Shown here piece by piece: positions 26,978-40,906 of a DNA stretch of 64,000 nt. The position numbers and the translations under genes are program-made. The notes below the pieces were generated by a model. It did not search any database and was not told where the DNA came from. It worked only from the letters and a program-made list of their open reading frames with translations. The stretch's first letter is position 1, and the number at the start of each line of letters is the position of its first letter. Source of the DNA: Octopus vulgaris (lineage: Eukaryota); contig OX597817.1 in NCBI GenBank assembly GCA_951406725.2, positions 143,592,001 to 143,656,000 of the forward strand, read 5' to 3'.

Positions 26978-27462
26978 CATGTCACTTCCTCTCCCTTCTG
27001 GTCCCTTGACATGATGTCACTTCCTCTCCCTTTCAGTCCCTTGACACAATGCCACTTCGTCTCCCTTCCAGTCCCTTGACATGATGTCTCTTCCACTCCC
27101 TTCTGGTCCCTTGATGTAACGTCACTTCTCCTTTCCAGTCCCTTGACATGACGTCACTTCCATTCCCATTCGGTCCCTTGACATAATGTCACTTCTCCCT
27201 TCCGGTACCTTGACATGATGTCACTTCCTCTCCCTTCCAGTCCCTTGACATGACATCATTTCTGCTCCCGTATGGTCCCTTGACATAACATCACTTCTCC
27301 CTTCCAGTCCCTTGATATGACATCACTTCCTCCCCCTTCCAGTCCCTTGATATGGCATCACTTCCTCTCCCTTCCAGGCCCTTGATATGATATCACTTCT
27401 CCCTTCCAATAATGCTGTCACTTCCAATCCCTTGACATGATGTCACTGCCTCTCCTTTCTGG
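26978..27462. repeat. Minisatellite, about 13-14 units of 35 or 32 bp (GTCCCTTGACATGATGTCACTTCCTCTCCCTTCCA)
   Basis: Unit starts at 27001, 27036, 27071, 27106, 27138, 27173, 27205, 27240, 27275, 27307, 27342 and 27377. Confidence 0.95.
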
Positions 27463-27639
27463 TTTCTCATCCTTCCTCCACAGTAGATATATACATATAT
27501 GACAGGCTTCTTTCAGTTTCTGTCAACCAAAACCACTCACAAGTCTTTGGTCGGCCCAAGGTGATAGCAGAAGACACTTTACCAAGCTACCACACAGTTG
27601 GACTGAACCTGCCATCATGTGACTGGCAAGCAAACTTCT

Positions 27640-27900
27640 TTTGGCTACTCTATTTTAAAAGCTGACTTACTTCCATTATACTTAAACATTGCATCCCAGA
27701 GCTTGCTTCTGTATGTATCAAACTCTTTAATCTCTCCCTCTCTACAAGAATTATGCCTGACATTTGGTAGCATGCTTCCATGTGACCCATTCCAAAGAAA
27801 GGTAACTCCTTCAACCCAAACAACATTTTCTCTCTCGTACTGACTTCTAACATCTCCAAGGTAATGGAAACAACTACAAACAATGATGTTGTCCATCACC
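27640..27900 (-). mobile_element. Old, highly degenerate RTE-like RT fragment
   Basis: FHYLGDV resembles FRYLGD, followed by weak similarity to the RTE post-RT region. Confidence 0.45.
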
Positions 27901-27921
27901 TTGAATTTCTCTCTCTCCTCA

Positions 27922-27954
<33 letters not shown>

Positions 27955-28873
27955 CCACCACCACCACCACCACCACCACCACCACCATTTTACATCCACT
28001 TTCCATGGGTTTGATGGAGTGTCACAATCAGAGTAATTTCTTAGAATCTTCTGCTCCCATAAACTACTGCTCATATGCATCATTTGGCTTGGATTCTACA
28101 GACTGATGCTCTTCCTATCACCAACCACTTTTCAACCAGATGGCCATCAATTTTCTTAAACTAATACAATCATGCTTGCATCAATTTCCCAGATTTGAAA
28201 TATCTGAGGGAATATGTCATTGGAAAAGTCATTAGAATGATAATATTTCTTAAATTCTTCTGCCGAGGTCGACTTTGCCCTTCATCCTTTCGGGGTCGAT
28301 AAATTAAGTACCAGTTGCATACTGGCGGTTGATCTAATCAACTTCCCCCCCTCCCCAAAAATTTTGGGCCTTGTACTTAGAGTAAAAAAGAACATTTCTT
28401 AAATCCATTAGTGACTTGATTTTGGTTGGTCCCAAGAAACCTTTGAAACTGGGTCATGCACTTCGCTCACAGAGAAATTATCTTGTGCCACAAAGTATCC
28501 CAGAACTCCAACTTCAAACAGTAACGAAACAAGATATGAAATTGCACACTAATTAACGAAGGAGATGAAAGAGAATCAAATTGAATTTCTTTTTCCTACT
28601 TCAACTATTACACTTTGACTTGGCAAATGTTTTTTGTTATTTCGAAAATCAATTCCTATAATTTTTTTTTCTGTATGGAATTTTTAATTAAATAGTTTAT
28701 TTGACATTTTCTGGTTTCTGTTCTGTTTTCCTTTCTTTCTTCTTAATTCCCAAATATGGTAGTTGGAATAAATATTGCTTGCTTTTGATTATTACAATTG
28801 AAGAGGAAGATTTTTCTACATTATCTACATTATTTACATTCGACGGATATTTGTCCTCATCTTGTTTGATGTT

Positions 28874-28919
28874 AACACAATGTTTCGGCTAATATACCCT
28901 CCAGCCTTCATCAGGTGTC
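28874..28919 (-). ncRNA. Minimal type-I hammerhead motif with a decayed cleavage triplet
   Basis: gacac-CTGATGA-a-ggctgg(agggtata)ttagcc-GAAAC-ATT-gtgtt; ATT probably derives from GTT by CpG decay. Confidence 0.65.
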
Positions 28920-29166
28920 TTGGGGAAATTTCGAACCTGGGTTCTCATTCCTATGGTATCTTTCGATGTTATTATTATTATCATCACCATCATTATTATT
29001 ATTATTATTTTTCAGATGGTGCTTTTTACATGCCACTGGTATGGGAGCCAGTCAGGGGGCACTGGCATCGACCACATTTGGATGATGTATTTTACGTGCC
29101 ACCAGCATGTATTGGCTGGACTTGGAGGATGATAAACTAATCTGTTTTCTCTCCCTCCTTGAATTT

Positions 29167-29215
<49 letters not shown>

Positions 29216-29304
29216 AAATGAAGCTGTTGCTTAGCTGTTATTTTTCTCAAGCAACAAGTAACGTCTTTCCTCAGAGTTTTGATAGCCTGGCTCAAGCTTT
29301 CAGA

Positions 29305-29678
29305 ATTACGGAGATGTACTTGCATAGCGAGTGACTTGATCTGAGATCGTGTGCTGGAACGAAAACAATTGCAGCATGGAAGGTGTTTATAAGCGATTTA
29401 AGAAACACACAAAAACCATTAGATTCACTTCAACATTTAAATTTAATTTATCAAAATATTTTCGTTGCTTTGAGACCGCGTCCTGAAGTTTTGTCAGTGA
29501 ACAGGTTGCGCTCTGAAAGCAACAAAAATATTTTGACAAATTAAATTTGAATGTTGAAGTGAATCTAACAGTTTTTGTGTGTTTCTAAAATGGCTTATAA
29601 ACACCTTCCACGCTGCAATTGTTTTCGTTCCAGCACACGACCTCAGATCAAGTCACTCGCTATGCAAGTACATCTCCG

Positions 29679-29682
<4 letters not shown>
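29305..29682. repeat. Diverged inverted repeat (about 180-bp arms) within a (TA)n-flanked element, carrying a hammerhead-like motif
   Basis: attacggagatgtacttgcatagcgagtgacttgatctgag... pairs with ...ctcagatcaagtcactcgctatgcaagtacatctccgtaat. Confidence 0.92.
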
Positions 29683-29729
<47 letters not shown>

Positions 29730-31794
29730 TACATACATATATACATACATACATTCATACATACATACATACATACACACATGCATACACACACACGCAT
29801 GCACACACACACATAGGCACAGATGTGACTGTGTGGTAAGAAGCTTGCTTCCCAACCACATGGTTCTGGGTTTAGTCCTGCTGCCTGAAACCTTGGGCAA
29901 GTGTCTTCTATTATACACTTGGGCCGAGCAAAGTCTTGCGAGTGGATTTGGTAGACGGAAACTGAAAGAAGTATATGCTTGTCCCCTCCCCACCATCACT
30001 TGACAACCAATGTTGCCGTGTTTATGTCCCCATAACTTAGCAGCTTGGCAAAAGAGACCGATAGAATATTTACTAGGCTTACAAAGAATAAGTCCTGAGG
30101 TTGATTCGTTCGACTAAAGGTAGTGCTCCAGCATGGCCGCAATCAAATAACTGAAACAAGTAAAAAATAAAAGAATATATATATATATATATATAACCAG
30201 CTTCCATGCCAGTGGCACATAAAAGGCACTATTCGAGTGTGATTGTTACCAGTGTCACCTTACTGGCACTTGTGCCCGTGCTAGTAGGGTGCTAAGAGTG
30301 TGATCTCTGCCAGAGCGGCTAACATTTTACATATGCCGGTGGCATATGTAACAAGATTCGAGCAAGGTCGTTGCCAGTACCGGTGGCATATAAAAAACAC
30401 CCACTACATTTTTGGAGTGGTTGGCGTTAGGAAGGGCATCCAGCTGTAGAAACTCTGCCAGATCAAGATTGGAGTCTGCTGCAGCCATCTGGTTCGCCAG
30501 CCCTCAGTCAAAATCGTCCAACCCATGCTAGCCTGGAAAGCAGACGTTAAATGAAGATGATGATGATATATATATATATCATCATCATCATATATATATA
30601 TATATATACACTTATAAAACTCATCCATTTAAGCTAAAAACACTTACCTATGTACGTGTGCTTGTATTTTCATGTATACATACATATGAGGTATACGCCT
30701 GCACACATTTTGTTTTTCTTTATTTCTCCCAATTTTTCCATTTGCGTATTAATTCCTTCAAGCTTTCATTCTCTTTCTCTTCTTCAGTTTATTTCTGCTT
30801 AATTTGATCCTTCTTTTCTTCTTTCTGTCTCTCTTTTTTATTTTTCTTTCTACCTATCTTATATTTTTTCTTTCAATATATCTGTTTTTTCTTTTTTTGT
30901 TTTGCCTTTCTCTCTATTTATCTGTCTCTCTCTATGTTTATCTTCGTGGATTCCAAATCAGAAGCCAAAAAAGTAATTTAATTGAAAGAACAAGCATAAA
31001 TGATTCCAAAGCAGGAAATGTCACCTTAATCACCAAGACGGATTATTAGAGAAAGAAAACCCATCAAATCTGTACTGACATCTTGAAAATAATTCTATAA
31101 AATTACTTGATATACACAAATTGATATTTGGTTTCACATTCTAATTTACATTTGCACTTAGCTTCTTCTTCTTCTTCTTCTTCTTCTTCAATGCAACTAC
31201 TAAGCTTCTCTCCTCTCTTTTTCTTTCTGTGTCTAACTATCCTCCCTTCCTTTTCTTTCTCTGTCTCTCTCTGTCTCTCTTTGCCTGTCTGTCTGTCGGT
31301 CTCTCCCTCCCTACCTCCTTGTCCATCCATCTATCCATGTATCTATCTATCTATCTTTTTCTTGTTTCAGTCATTAGACTGTGGCTCTACTGAGGCACCA
31401 CCTTGAAGAATTTAAGTTGAACAAATCACCCCCCAATATTTACTGTATAAATCTCTTTTTGCCAAACTGTTCCCTCTCTCTCTTTTCTCTCCTTACCCTG
31501 TCTGTCTGTCTGTCTGTCTATCATCTAAATAATAATCCATAAGTGAAGAAAAACAGGCACTTGAATATTTATCAATCAATTGGTGCACTAATAATAAAAG
31601 AATAAAAGAACATATATATACATACAAAGAGGAATACACAAAATATTTAACAGCTTCTCAATCATATGGTTCCAGGTTCAGTCCCACTACATGGCACCTT
31701 GGACAAGCATCTTCTACTATAGCCTCAGACCTTGTGAGTGGATTTGGTAGACGGAAACTGAATGAAGCCCATCACATATATATATATATAGAGA

Positions 31795-32720
31795 GAGAGT
31801 CAATGTAGCAAAGACCAAAGCTCTAGTAAGTAGGAAGGCAAACTCATCACACACCCCTTCAGATAGGTGGCCCTGCTTGATCTGTAGAAAAGGTGTAGGT
31901 AGAAACTCCATAAGATGTACCCAGTGTAAGCTATGGACACATAAGAGGTGCAGCAATATCAAAGGAAAATGCTGGACATAAGAAGCATTGAATGTGGCGT
32001 GCAAGAGAGACTTCTGCACTGGTATGGTTATGTACTACGGATGGATGAGGAGAGATGTGTGAAGAAGTGCCACTCCCAAACAGTTGAAGGAATTTGGGGT
32101 AGAGATAGACCCAGGAAGACATGGGATGAGGTGGTCAAGCATGACCTTCGAACGTTGGCTCTCACAGAGGCAATGATGAAAGACTGAGATCTTTGGAGAT
32201 ATGCTATGACTGTGAAGACCCAACAAATAACGTGAGTTCATGGCTGTTTCCAGCACCAGCTTCACATAGAAGCCCCAGCCCATCCAAAATACCTTGGATC
32301 TCAGGATGGCCTGCTGTGCTTACCTTGGATTGTAGGGTGACCTGCTGTACTTGAGGAGACCTATTGAGTCATGTACATCAACATCAAAAAACCAAATGGA
32401 AATTGTAGTTGTGATACCTGTGCTAGTGGCACGTAAAAAGCACCATCTGAACGTGGCCGATGCCAGTACTGCCTTGACTGGCTTCCGTGCCGGTGGCACA
32501 TAAAAAGCACCAACCGATCGTGGCCATTGCCAACCCACATTGGCACCTGTGCCGGTGGCACGTAAAAAGCACCCACTACACTCATGAAGTGGTTGGCATC
32601 AGGAAGGGTATCCAGCTGCAGAAACACTGCCAGATCAGACTGGAGCCTGGTGCAGCCTCCTGGCTTCCCAGACCCCAGTCAAACCGTCCAACCAATGCTA
32701 GCATGGAAAACGGACGTTAA

Positions 32721-32755
<35 letters not shown>
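31795..32755 (+). mobile_element. RTE LINE fragment with an internal deletion, 3' UTR and (GAT)n tail
   Basis: WPCLICRKGVGRNSIRCTQCKLWTHKRCSNIKG is fused directly to LDIRSIECGVQERLLHWYG...RDRPRKTWDEVV. Confidence 0.88.
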
Positions 32756-33089
32756 ATATATATATTATGATGATGATGATGATGATGATATATATATATA
32801 TATATATATTATATATAATATATATATATATATGTGCATATGTTTGTGTGTCTGTGTTTGTTCCCCCAACATCGCTTGACAACCAATGTTGGTGTGTTTA
32901 TGTCCCTGTAACTTAGTGGTTTGGCTAAAAAGACCGATAGAATAAGTACCAGGCTTACAAGGAATAAGTCACGGGGTCGACTTGTTCGACTAAAGGCCAT
33001 GCTCTAGCATGGCCGCAGTCAAATGACTGAAACAAGTAAAAGAAAAACATAAAAGAAAAATTTCCTAATAATATTTGATAATAAAAATA

Positions 33090-33305
33090 TGAGAGGGTGC
33101 TGCAAAGTTCCTTGATTTAATGGTATCACAAAAGGCCTGATTGGGGCCCAAGATCTAAGTTCTTTCACAGAGCTTAGAAAAACTGAAGGACTGCTGCAAT
33201 AAGTGTATGAATCTGAGAGGGGAATTTATTGAATGAAATCATAATTATTTTATCCTCGTGTATTTTCTTTTATCCAAAGGTAATGAACTTTTCAGCACTT
33301 TCTCA
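33090..33305. mobile_element. Complete mariner-like MITE with TIRs and TA TSD
   Basis: TA-tgagagggtgctgcaaagttc ... gaacttttcagcactttctca-TA. Confidence 0.8.
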
Positions 33306-33519
33306 TATACTCTTTTACTTGTTTCAGTCGTTTGACTGTGGTCATGCTGGAGCACCGCCTTTAGTTGAGCAAATCAACCCCAGGACTTATTCTTTGTAAG
33401 CCTAGTACTTATTCTATTGGTCTCTTTTGTCGAAACGCTAAGTGACGGGGACGTAAACACACCAGCATCGGTTGTCAAGCGATGTTGGGGAGACAAACAC
33501 GGACACACAAACATACACG

Positions 33520-33568
<49 letters not shown>

Positions 33569-36500
33569 ACATATATATGACGGGCTTCTTTCAGTTTCCG
33601 TCTACCAAATCCACTCACAAGGCTTTGGTCGGCCCGAGGCTATAGTAGAAGACACTCGCTCAAGGTGCCATGCAGTGGGACTGAACCTGGAACCATGTGG
33701 TTCATAAGCAAGCTACTCACCACACAGCCACTCCTATGCCATATAATAGGATTTTTTGAGCATCAAATGGCTATGGAGGTTCTCCTGAGTAGAATAGAAA
33801 TCAAAGGGATCCATAGGTAAAAAAGGGGTTGAAAACCACAGGCGTAGATATTTAGGGTTCCTCTTGGATTCGTAGCTCTTCTGCAAGATTGTCCATGTCC
33901 ACTTACGCCAGGTTTAATACTTATCTGCAGTTCCAAAGAAGTAACTCCACAATCAACTGAAGACTATTTTGAAAAGGAGCAGCATTGAAAGGCATCATTA
34001 CCTGATGTTTACGTTGGGGATGTCATTGATGGAAAGGATTTGGAAATGAACTCAGTCCTACCAGGAGTAAAATTAAGCAAAAGAGACTTGTACTCTGAGT
34101 AATACAACACCTCAGCATTATTTACAATTTGAATCGTCGGGCGACATGCTGTGCTTGAGGAGACCTATTAAAACAAGTAAAATCAAAATCAAAATCAAAA
34201 ATCAAATCTCAATCGAATGGAAATTGTAGTTGTGGCCAATGCCAGGGCCACCCGATTGGCTCCCATGTCAGTGGCATGTAAAAAGCACCATCCAAATGTG
34301 GTCGATGCCAGCCCCACCCACCCTGATTGGCTCCTGTGCCGGTAGCACATAAAAAGCACCATCTGAACGTGGCCCATGCCAGTTCCACCTGACTGGCTCC
34401 TGTACTGGTGGCATGTAAAAAGCACCATCCAAATGTGGTTGAAACTAGCACCCTCACCCTGACTGGCTCCTGTGCTGGTAGCACATAAAAACCACCATCC
34501 AAACGTGGCTGATGCCAGTGCCACCTGACTGGCTCCCATGCTGGTGGCACATAAAAAGCACCCACTACACTCACTGAGCGGTTGGCATTCGGAAGAGCTG
34601 TAGAATCATCCAGCTGTAGAAACATTGCCAGATCAAATTGGAGCCCGGTGAGGCCTCCTGGTTTGCCAGTCCCCAGTCAAGCAATCCGACCCATGCCAGC
34701 ATGGAAAATGGACGTTAAACAATGATGATGATGATGATTCAAAGGCAGTGAGCTGGCAGAATAGTTAGCGCACTGGACGAGATGCTTAGTGGTATTTCAC
34801 CCATCGCGACATTCTGAGTTTAAATTCCGCCAGGGTCGACTTAACCTTTCATCCTTTTGGGGTCAATTAAATAAGTACCAGTTATGCATTGGAGTCGATG
34901 TAATCAACTTACCTCCCCCTCCTGCAAATTTCAGGCCTTGTGTCTATAATAGAAAGGATTATTTTCAATATTCATGGGTTCAATCTGTGACTGAAGCTGT
35001 GTATTGGGGATTGGTATGGAAGGTCATCTTTTATTTTTTTCATCTTTTTCTTCTTTCAGTCATTAGACTGTGGCCATGCTGGGGCACTGCCTCAAAGAAT
35101 TTATAGTCAATTGCATCAACCCAAATACATTTTTTAAAGCCTGGTACTTATTCTATCGATCTGCTTTTGTCAAACTGCTAAGTTATGTGGACATAATCAC
35201 ATCAATACCAGTTGCCAAGTGGTGGTGGACAAACACAGGCATACATATATGATGGGCTTCGTTCAGTTTCTGATTACCAAAAGCTACTCGCAAGGCTTTG
35301 GTTGGCTTGAGACTATAGTAGAAGACACTTGCTCAAGGGTCATGTAGCGAGACTGAACCCAGAACCATGTGGTTGGGAGGCACAGCTTCTTACCACACAG
35401 CCATGCCTGTTGAACAGAATTTGTATGGATGGTCATGTTTGGACCCACAAATGAAAAAGAAGATAATCATCACAGCAACTGTAAGAAAGCAACAACCATC
35501 TGTGTATGTGTTAGTGTGTGTGTGTGCCCGTGCATGTGTATGTATGTCACTGTATGTATATGCTATTGTATGTGTATGTATGTGTGTGCATACGTATGTC
35601 ACTCTGTGTGTATATACTTGTGTATGTGTGTGTATATGTGTGTGTGTGTGTGCATGTGTGTGTGTGTGCTGTGCCAAGAACTTTAATTTCAAAGTTCAAT
35701 AGCTGTCTCTGTATGCTTGTGTTCATGTGTGTGTGTGTGAGCATCTGTTTTCATGTGTGTATGTGTTTATGTATGTATGCATGTGCGTGTATGCATATCT
35801 GTGTGTGTGTATGCATGTGTGTGTGTATTAGTATGTTTCCAAGATCTATAATTCGAGATAAAGTTCGACTGTGTGAGTATATCCAAGTATAAAGGTGGTC
35901 TATGTGTACGTGTGTGTGTATGTGTATGTGTATGCGTGTGTGTGTCTGTATGTGTATATGACTGTATGTGTGTGAGTATTTCTTTAAATAAGTGTATGGT
36001 ATATGTGCATGCTTGTGTGTGTGTGTGTGTATGTGTGTATATGTATGTGTGTGAATGTGTTATGTATACGTGTGGATAAGTATGCACGTGTCTGTGTGTG
36101 TATGTGTTTGTATGTGTGTATGTGCATGTATATGTGTGTTTTTGTCTGTGTGTATGTGTGCATGTGTGTATATGTGTGCATATGTATGTGTATGAATGTG
36201 TTTACGTATACATGTGCTTATGTATGTAATGTGTGTATGTGCATGTATATGTGCGTACGTGTTTATGTTTTTGAATGTATGTGTGTACTCTTTTACTCTT
36301 TTACTTGTTTCAGTCATTTGACTGCGGCCATGCTGGAGCACCGCCTTTAATCGAGCAACTCGACCCCGTAACCTATTCTTTTGTAAGCCCAGTACTTATT
36401 CTATCGGTCTCTTTTGCCGAACCGCTAAGTAACGGGGACATAAACACACAAGCATCGGTTGTCAAGCGATGTTAGGGGGACAAACACAGACACACAAACA

Positions 36501-36871
36501 CACACCAAGATCTTTAATTCCAAACTGCCAGTGTAAACAGAATATATTGTGAAATATGATAACATAAAGACTTTTAGACAAAAACGATCCGTTTGGTATA
36601 AATCTTGACTGATGCGTTTCCATCGTTACACATTTGCGTATGTTTATGAATGTATATATATATATATATATATATATCTGTGTGTGTGCATGTATATGTA
36701 TATATATTCACACACACAAACACGCACACACACAAACACATGTATACACATGTATAAGTGTGTGTGTGTAGCTACATATGTATGAATGTATTTAGATAAA
36801 TGTCTGAACATGCATTCAAATGTGTCTGAGTGAGTGTGGTCTGTGTATGTGTGTGTGTGTGTCTATATATC

Positions 36872-36903
<32 letters not shown>

Positions 36904-36940
36904 CACACACACACATTCACAAGCATGTACATATATGTGT

Positions 36941-37030
<90 letters not shown>

Positions 37031-37034
37031 ATAT

Positions 37035-37065
<31 letters not shown>

Positions 37066-37639
37066 ATGTATATTACACTCAGACAAACTTATGTACCTAT
37101 ATGTATGTATGTATGTGTGTGTGTGTGTGTATATGTATATATACATACACATATGTGTGTGTGTGTGAGCATATTTATGTGTGTTTGTGTATTTGAGCAG
37201 AGGTTATTTGCTAGTATCAGTATATAAAACATCAATAATTTCCATTCTCTCAGAATGCTGCATTTATTCCATCTTATGTTCAATAAAAGCAATTACGAAA
37301 ATGTCAAGGGTTGCTACATGTGAAACTCCATTTGCTCAATACTGATTAGAGAATGGTGCAGTGGAGGGGGTTAAGATGCTACTGCGGTGCATTCAAATAG
37401 GTGCATGTATGGTTGTGCGGTTAATGACCTCGTTTTGCAGCCTTATGATTTGGGGTTCAATCTCATGGCACTTTCGGTAAGCGTTTTTCCCGTAACATCA
37501 GGTTGACAAAAGAGATTAAGAGTTTTTCTTTGCAACCTCACGATATCATGTTCAATTCCATTGCATGACACTTTGGTTAAGTGTCTTCCCTCAAAACCTC
37601 TTGACAAAAATCTTGGTAGTAAATTTGTTTTAGTTTAAT

Positions 37640-38341
37640 GCTGTGTGATTGCCAAAACACTGCATATCTCACCAAACATAGAGCATAAGTTTTTTGGGGT
37701 GTAATCTTGGTTTCAGATAGATTCTCTTGTTTCATAAGGTGCTAATCTTGGTAATTTTTGTTGGATATGATTAAGAACCCTCTTGGTATAATTTTCTATT
37801 GAAATGGTTTGGAACAAGTCTACTCTTCAATACTGCACAAAGAACAACTCCTTAATTAAGCTGGGAGGCAGGCAAATGATGAGGGACCCACTGACCAAGT
37901 TTAAACACTTTTCATAGTTTATGAAGGAGTTTTATGATCAAAGTGTAACATGAATTGAACTGTTTTGCTAATTCTCAAGAACTTCATTTTGAATATGCCT
38001 AATCACAGTTTTAAAAAGCACAATATTGACAGAATTTAGTTGTCCAGATGGAAGGGAGTTCGCAAGAGTAAACTTCCTGAGCAAAACTGGCCAATGGGAA
38101 TATTTGTACGTTAAATATTCATTTCCATAAAGAGAATGAATATTTCTTGCCTCTTCCATTGCTGAAGAGTTCCTTTTGACTTCTTACTATTTGCAGTGTC
38201 TGATAAGGGTAGAATCTAAACTCATTTTAAATAGGTAAAATCGATACAAATTTAGCCATTATGGTATAAAGTAATTTGCAAAAGAAAGGAAAAAAGCATT
38301 AGAATATAAAAATTAATGCTTATTTTACTGTAATTACTAGA
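37640..38341 (-). mobile_element. Ancient mariner transposase fossil
   Basis: EARNIHSLYGNEYLT resembles the mariner HTH (EAARNI..VYG); HPQK..LC resembles HPKKVMLCVWW; a TIR-like copy lies at about 38413. Confidence 0.5.
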
Positions 38342-38344
38342 TAC

Positions 38345-38376
<32 letters not shown>

Positions 38377-38487
38377 ATAATGTGTGTGTGTGTGTATACA
38401 CACACATATATATGAGGTTGGCAAGAAGATCCTGTCACATTTTCTAGTAATTACAGTAAAATAAGCATTAATTTTTATATTCTAATG
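38297..38487. repeat. Perfect 45-bp inverted repeat around a microsatellite spacer
   Basis: cattagaatataaaaattaatgcttattttactgtaattactaga (38297-38341) pairs with 38443-38487. Confidence 0.92.
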
Positions 38488-38491
38488 TTTA

Positions 38492-39246
38492 TCTCTATAT
38501 ATAAAACTGAAATGAGTTTTTACCGTTTGGATCGCTTTCAATGCCACTATTCGCTCCAAAATTTACAGGGACATGTAAAATGAGGTGACGATGCCCGTGG
38601 GCTACCTTAGAATTCCCTATCTTAAAAGGTGTGGTTGCTAGGGGCCATCTTTCTCATTCACGCTATTTCCTCCATTCCCCACTAACTCCCCTTCATTTAT
38701 AACTTTGACAATTCCACTCCCGATATTTAATGTATCTGTCTTCCTCAACTCACTCTCGCTATTTCCTCTATTCCCAGCACATTTTCACTCACTCTATTTC
38801 TTACCTTCCCATAACTTTCACTTATGTATCTGTCTGCATTCATAGAGAGAAACAAATATTCCATCGCCATCGCCATCACATTCTATTGTCTACCTGTCAA
38901 TGCGCCGATCGACCAAATACAAACAGAACACACCAACGAGCGTTCGTGTTCTGGTGATAACATAGGTTTTTCGTATCTATTACATTTTAACATTTATTTA
39001 GAACCCTGCAAATTTTTCGTGCTAAATTTTCATTTCTTACTACTTTATTATTTTTTCTTAAATTGATGCTTTTATTAAAATTAATTCTAATTGTCTGGGT
39101 CAACAGTTCGTTTCCTCGGAGGATATGGAAATTCTTATTACCTGTCAGAGAAATAACTCCAGCAGCTCACAACTATTTCAACAAAGACAAGGTTACCTGC
39201 TTACCAGTCGAATTCAGCGTCAACGCTGACGTATGAGAGAGACTCC

Positions 39247-39344
<98 letters not shown>

Positions 39345-40521
39345 ATGTGTGCATTATGTGGTCGGTTGAGCTGAAAATATGCACACCTATGTTAAAAGTG
39401 CTGGCAAGTTTGCCTGACAACTATTTTTTTCCTCAAATGAAAGGCGTGACCTCTAGGACAAAATTCCTCATCTTATAAAATGTGGCCCCAGTAGATCCGA
39501 ATGAAATCGGGTTATATTAACCAAAATGTGAAAAGGGGTCTAAATGGGGCTTGAAGGGGATTAAAATTTAAAGGAGCAGGTGTTTAGCAATTCTCTGTTA
39601 CATCAAGCTAAAAAATTTGCGCCAGCCTTTTAATCGTCAATGGGTTGCCATCCATGATGAAGAAGTTTTGAATGCTTGCCATGGTGAGTCTACTGTCGTG
39701 AGAAAGAATCAATTCAAAACTTGGTGTTTAGGGATTTTCTTTTACATCAAGTTCAAAATTTTACGCCAGCCGTTAAACTGTCAATACGTTGCTGTCCGTC
39801 GTTAAGAAATGCCAGCAATGGTGACTCTACTATCCTCGAATTCTATCCCTTCAAACTTTGGTTTCCAATATCTTATTATTTTTATTCAGCTCGCAAGTTC
39901 ATCTGTCCCTTTTAAATGTTAGTGTTTTGCTGTCTGCCTTGAAGCAGACCTTTCCGTTGTTACTGCCTGATATTTATGATTGATCTTTCTAAATATTTTA
40001 TTTCTCAACTTACTCAAGATCTTTTGTTGTTTATAAATGGGAGAGAGATAGATAAAGATAGAGAGTAAGAGAAAGCGAGGGAGAGTCCAAGAGAAAGGAA
40101 GAGTAACAGAGTGGGAAAGTGAGAGAGAAAGGAGGGAGAATCATCATCATCATCATCACCGTTTAACGTCCGTTTTCCGTGCTAGCACGGGTTGGACAGT
40201 TTGACCGGGGTCTGGGAAGCCAGGAGGCTGCACCAGGCTCCAGTCTGATCTGGCAGTGTTTCTACCGGTGGATGCTCTTCCTAACGCCAACCACTCTGTG
40301 AGCATAGTGGGTGCTTTTTTCGTGCCGCCGGCACAAGTGCCAGGGGGGCTGGCAATGGCCACGATCGGTTGGTGCTTTTTACATGCCACCAGCACAGAAG
40401 CCAGTCAAGGCAGCGCTGCAATCCGCCATGTTCGGATGGTGCTTTTTACGTGCTGAAAGGAAGCAACAGAAAGTAACAACCACACTCTTAACCGCGCGTA
40501 GAGCGGATCACCTTCAGCTAG
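38492..40521 (+). mobile_element. Helitron-like non-autonomous element with nested insertions
   Basis: 5' end TCTCTATATATAAAACTGAAAT; 3' GC hairpin ccgcgcgtagagcgg followed 11 nt later by CTAG at 40518-40521. Confidence 0.5.
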
Positions 40522-40906
40522 TATATATATAAAGCTGAAGTTGTCTGTGTATGGCAGGCTTGGTAGCCTTCAACTAACACAATCTCCTCCGAGACCCTGT
40601 GGCGCAAGTTGACCAAAATTGAGAGTATCATAGAAGAAGGCTTGCTCTTCCTTCTGTAGAAGAAAAGACTCAAATCGGACCATGTTAAGACCAAAAATTA
40701 TTTACATCAAAAAGGTGCTTTTTTCTATGAAAATCCCTATTTTTTACGATTCTTTGACTGCTGTATCATCATTTTCCAGTGTATTTCAACCAGAAAATGT
40801 TCACTTAAAGAGAATAACAAGCTATATAATGCAAAATTTTTACTTTTCAAAAATTCCAATTCTAAAGGGTTGAAACGAACCTGAGCAACACTGGGCGATA
40901 CTGCTA

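Noticed and set aside
26978-27462. CRISPR-like appearance of the 35-bp palindromic repeats
   Set aside because: The units are contiguous with no unique spacers, there are no cas genes, and the context is eukaryotic.
33850-34125. Possible minus-strand exons with good GT donors
   Set aside because: The AG-GT bounded segment has stops in all three frames and no homology was recognised.
36601-36630. Minus-strand GAAAC-gcatca-GTC half-motif
   Set aside because: Only the 3' half of a hammerhead; no matching core upstream.
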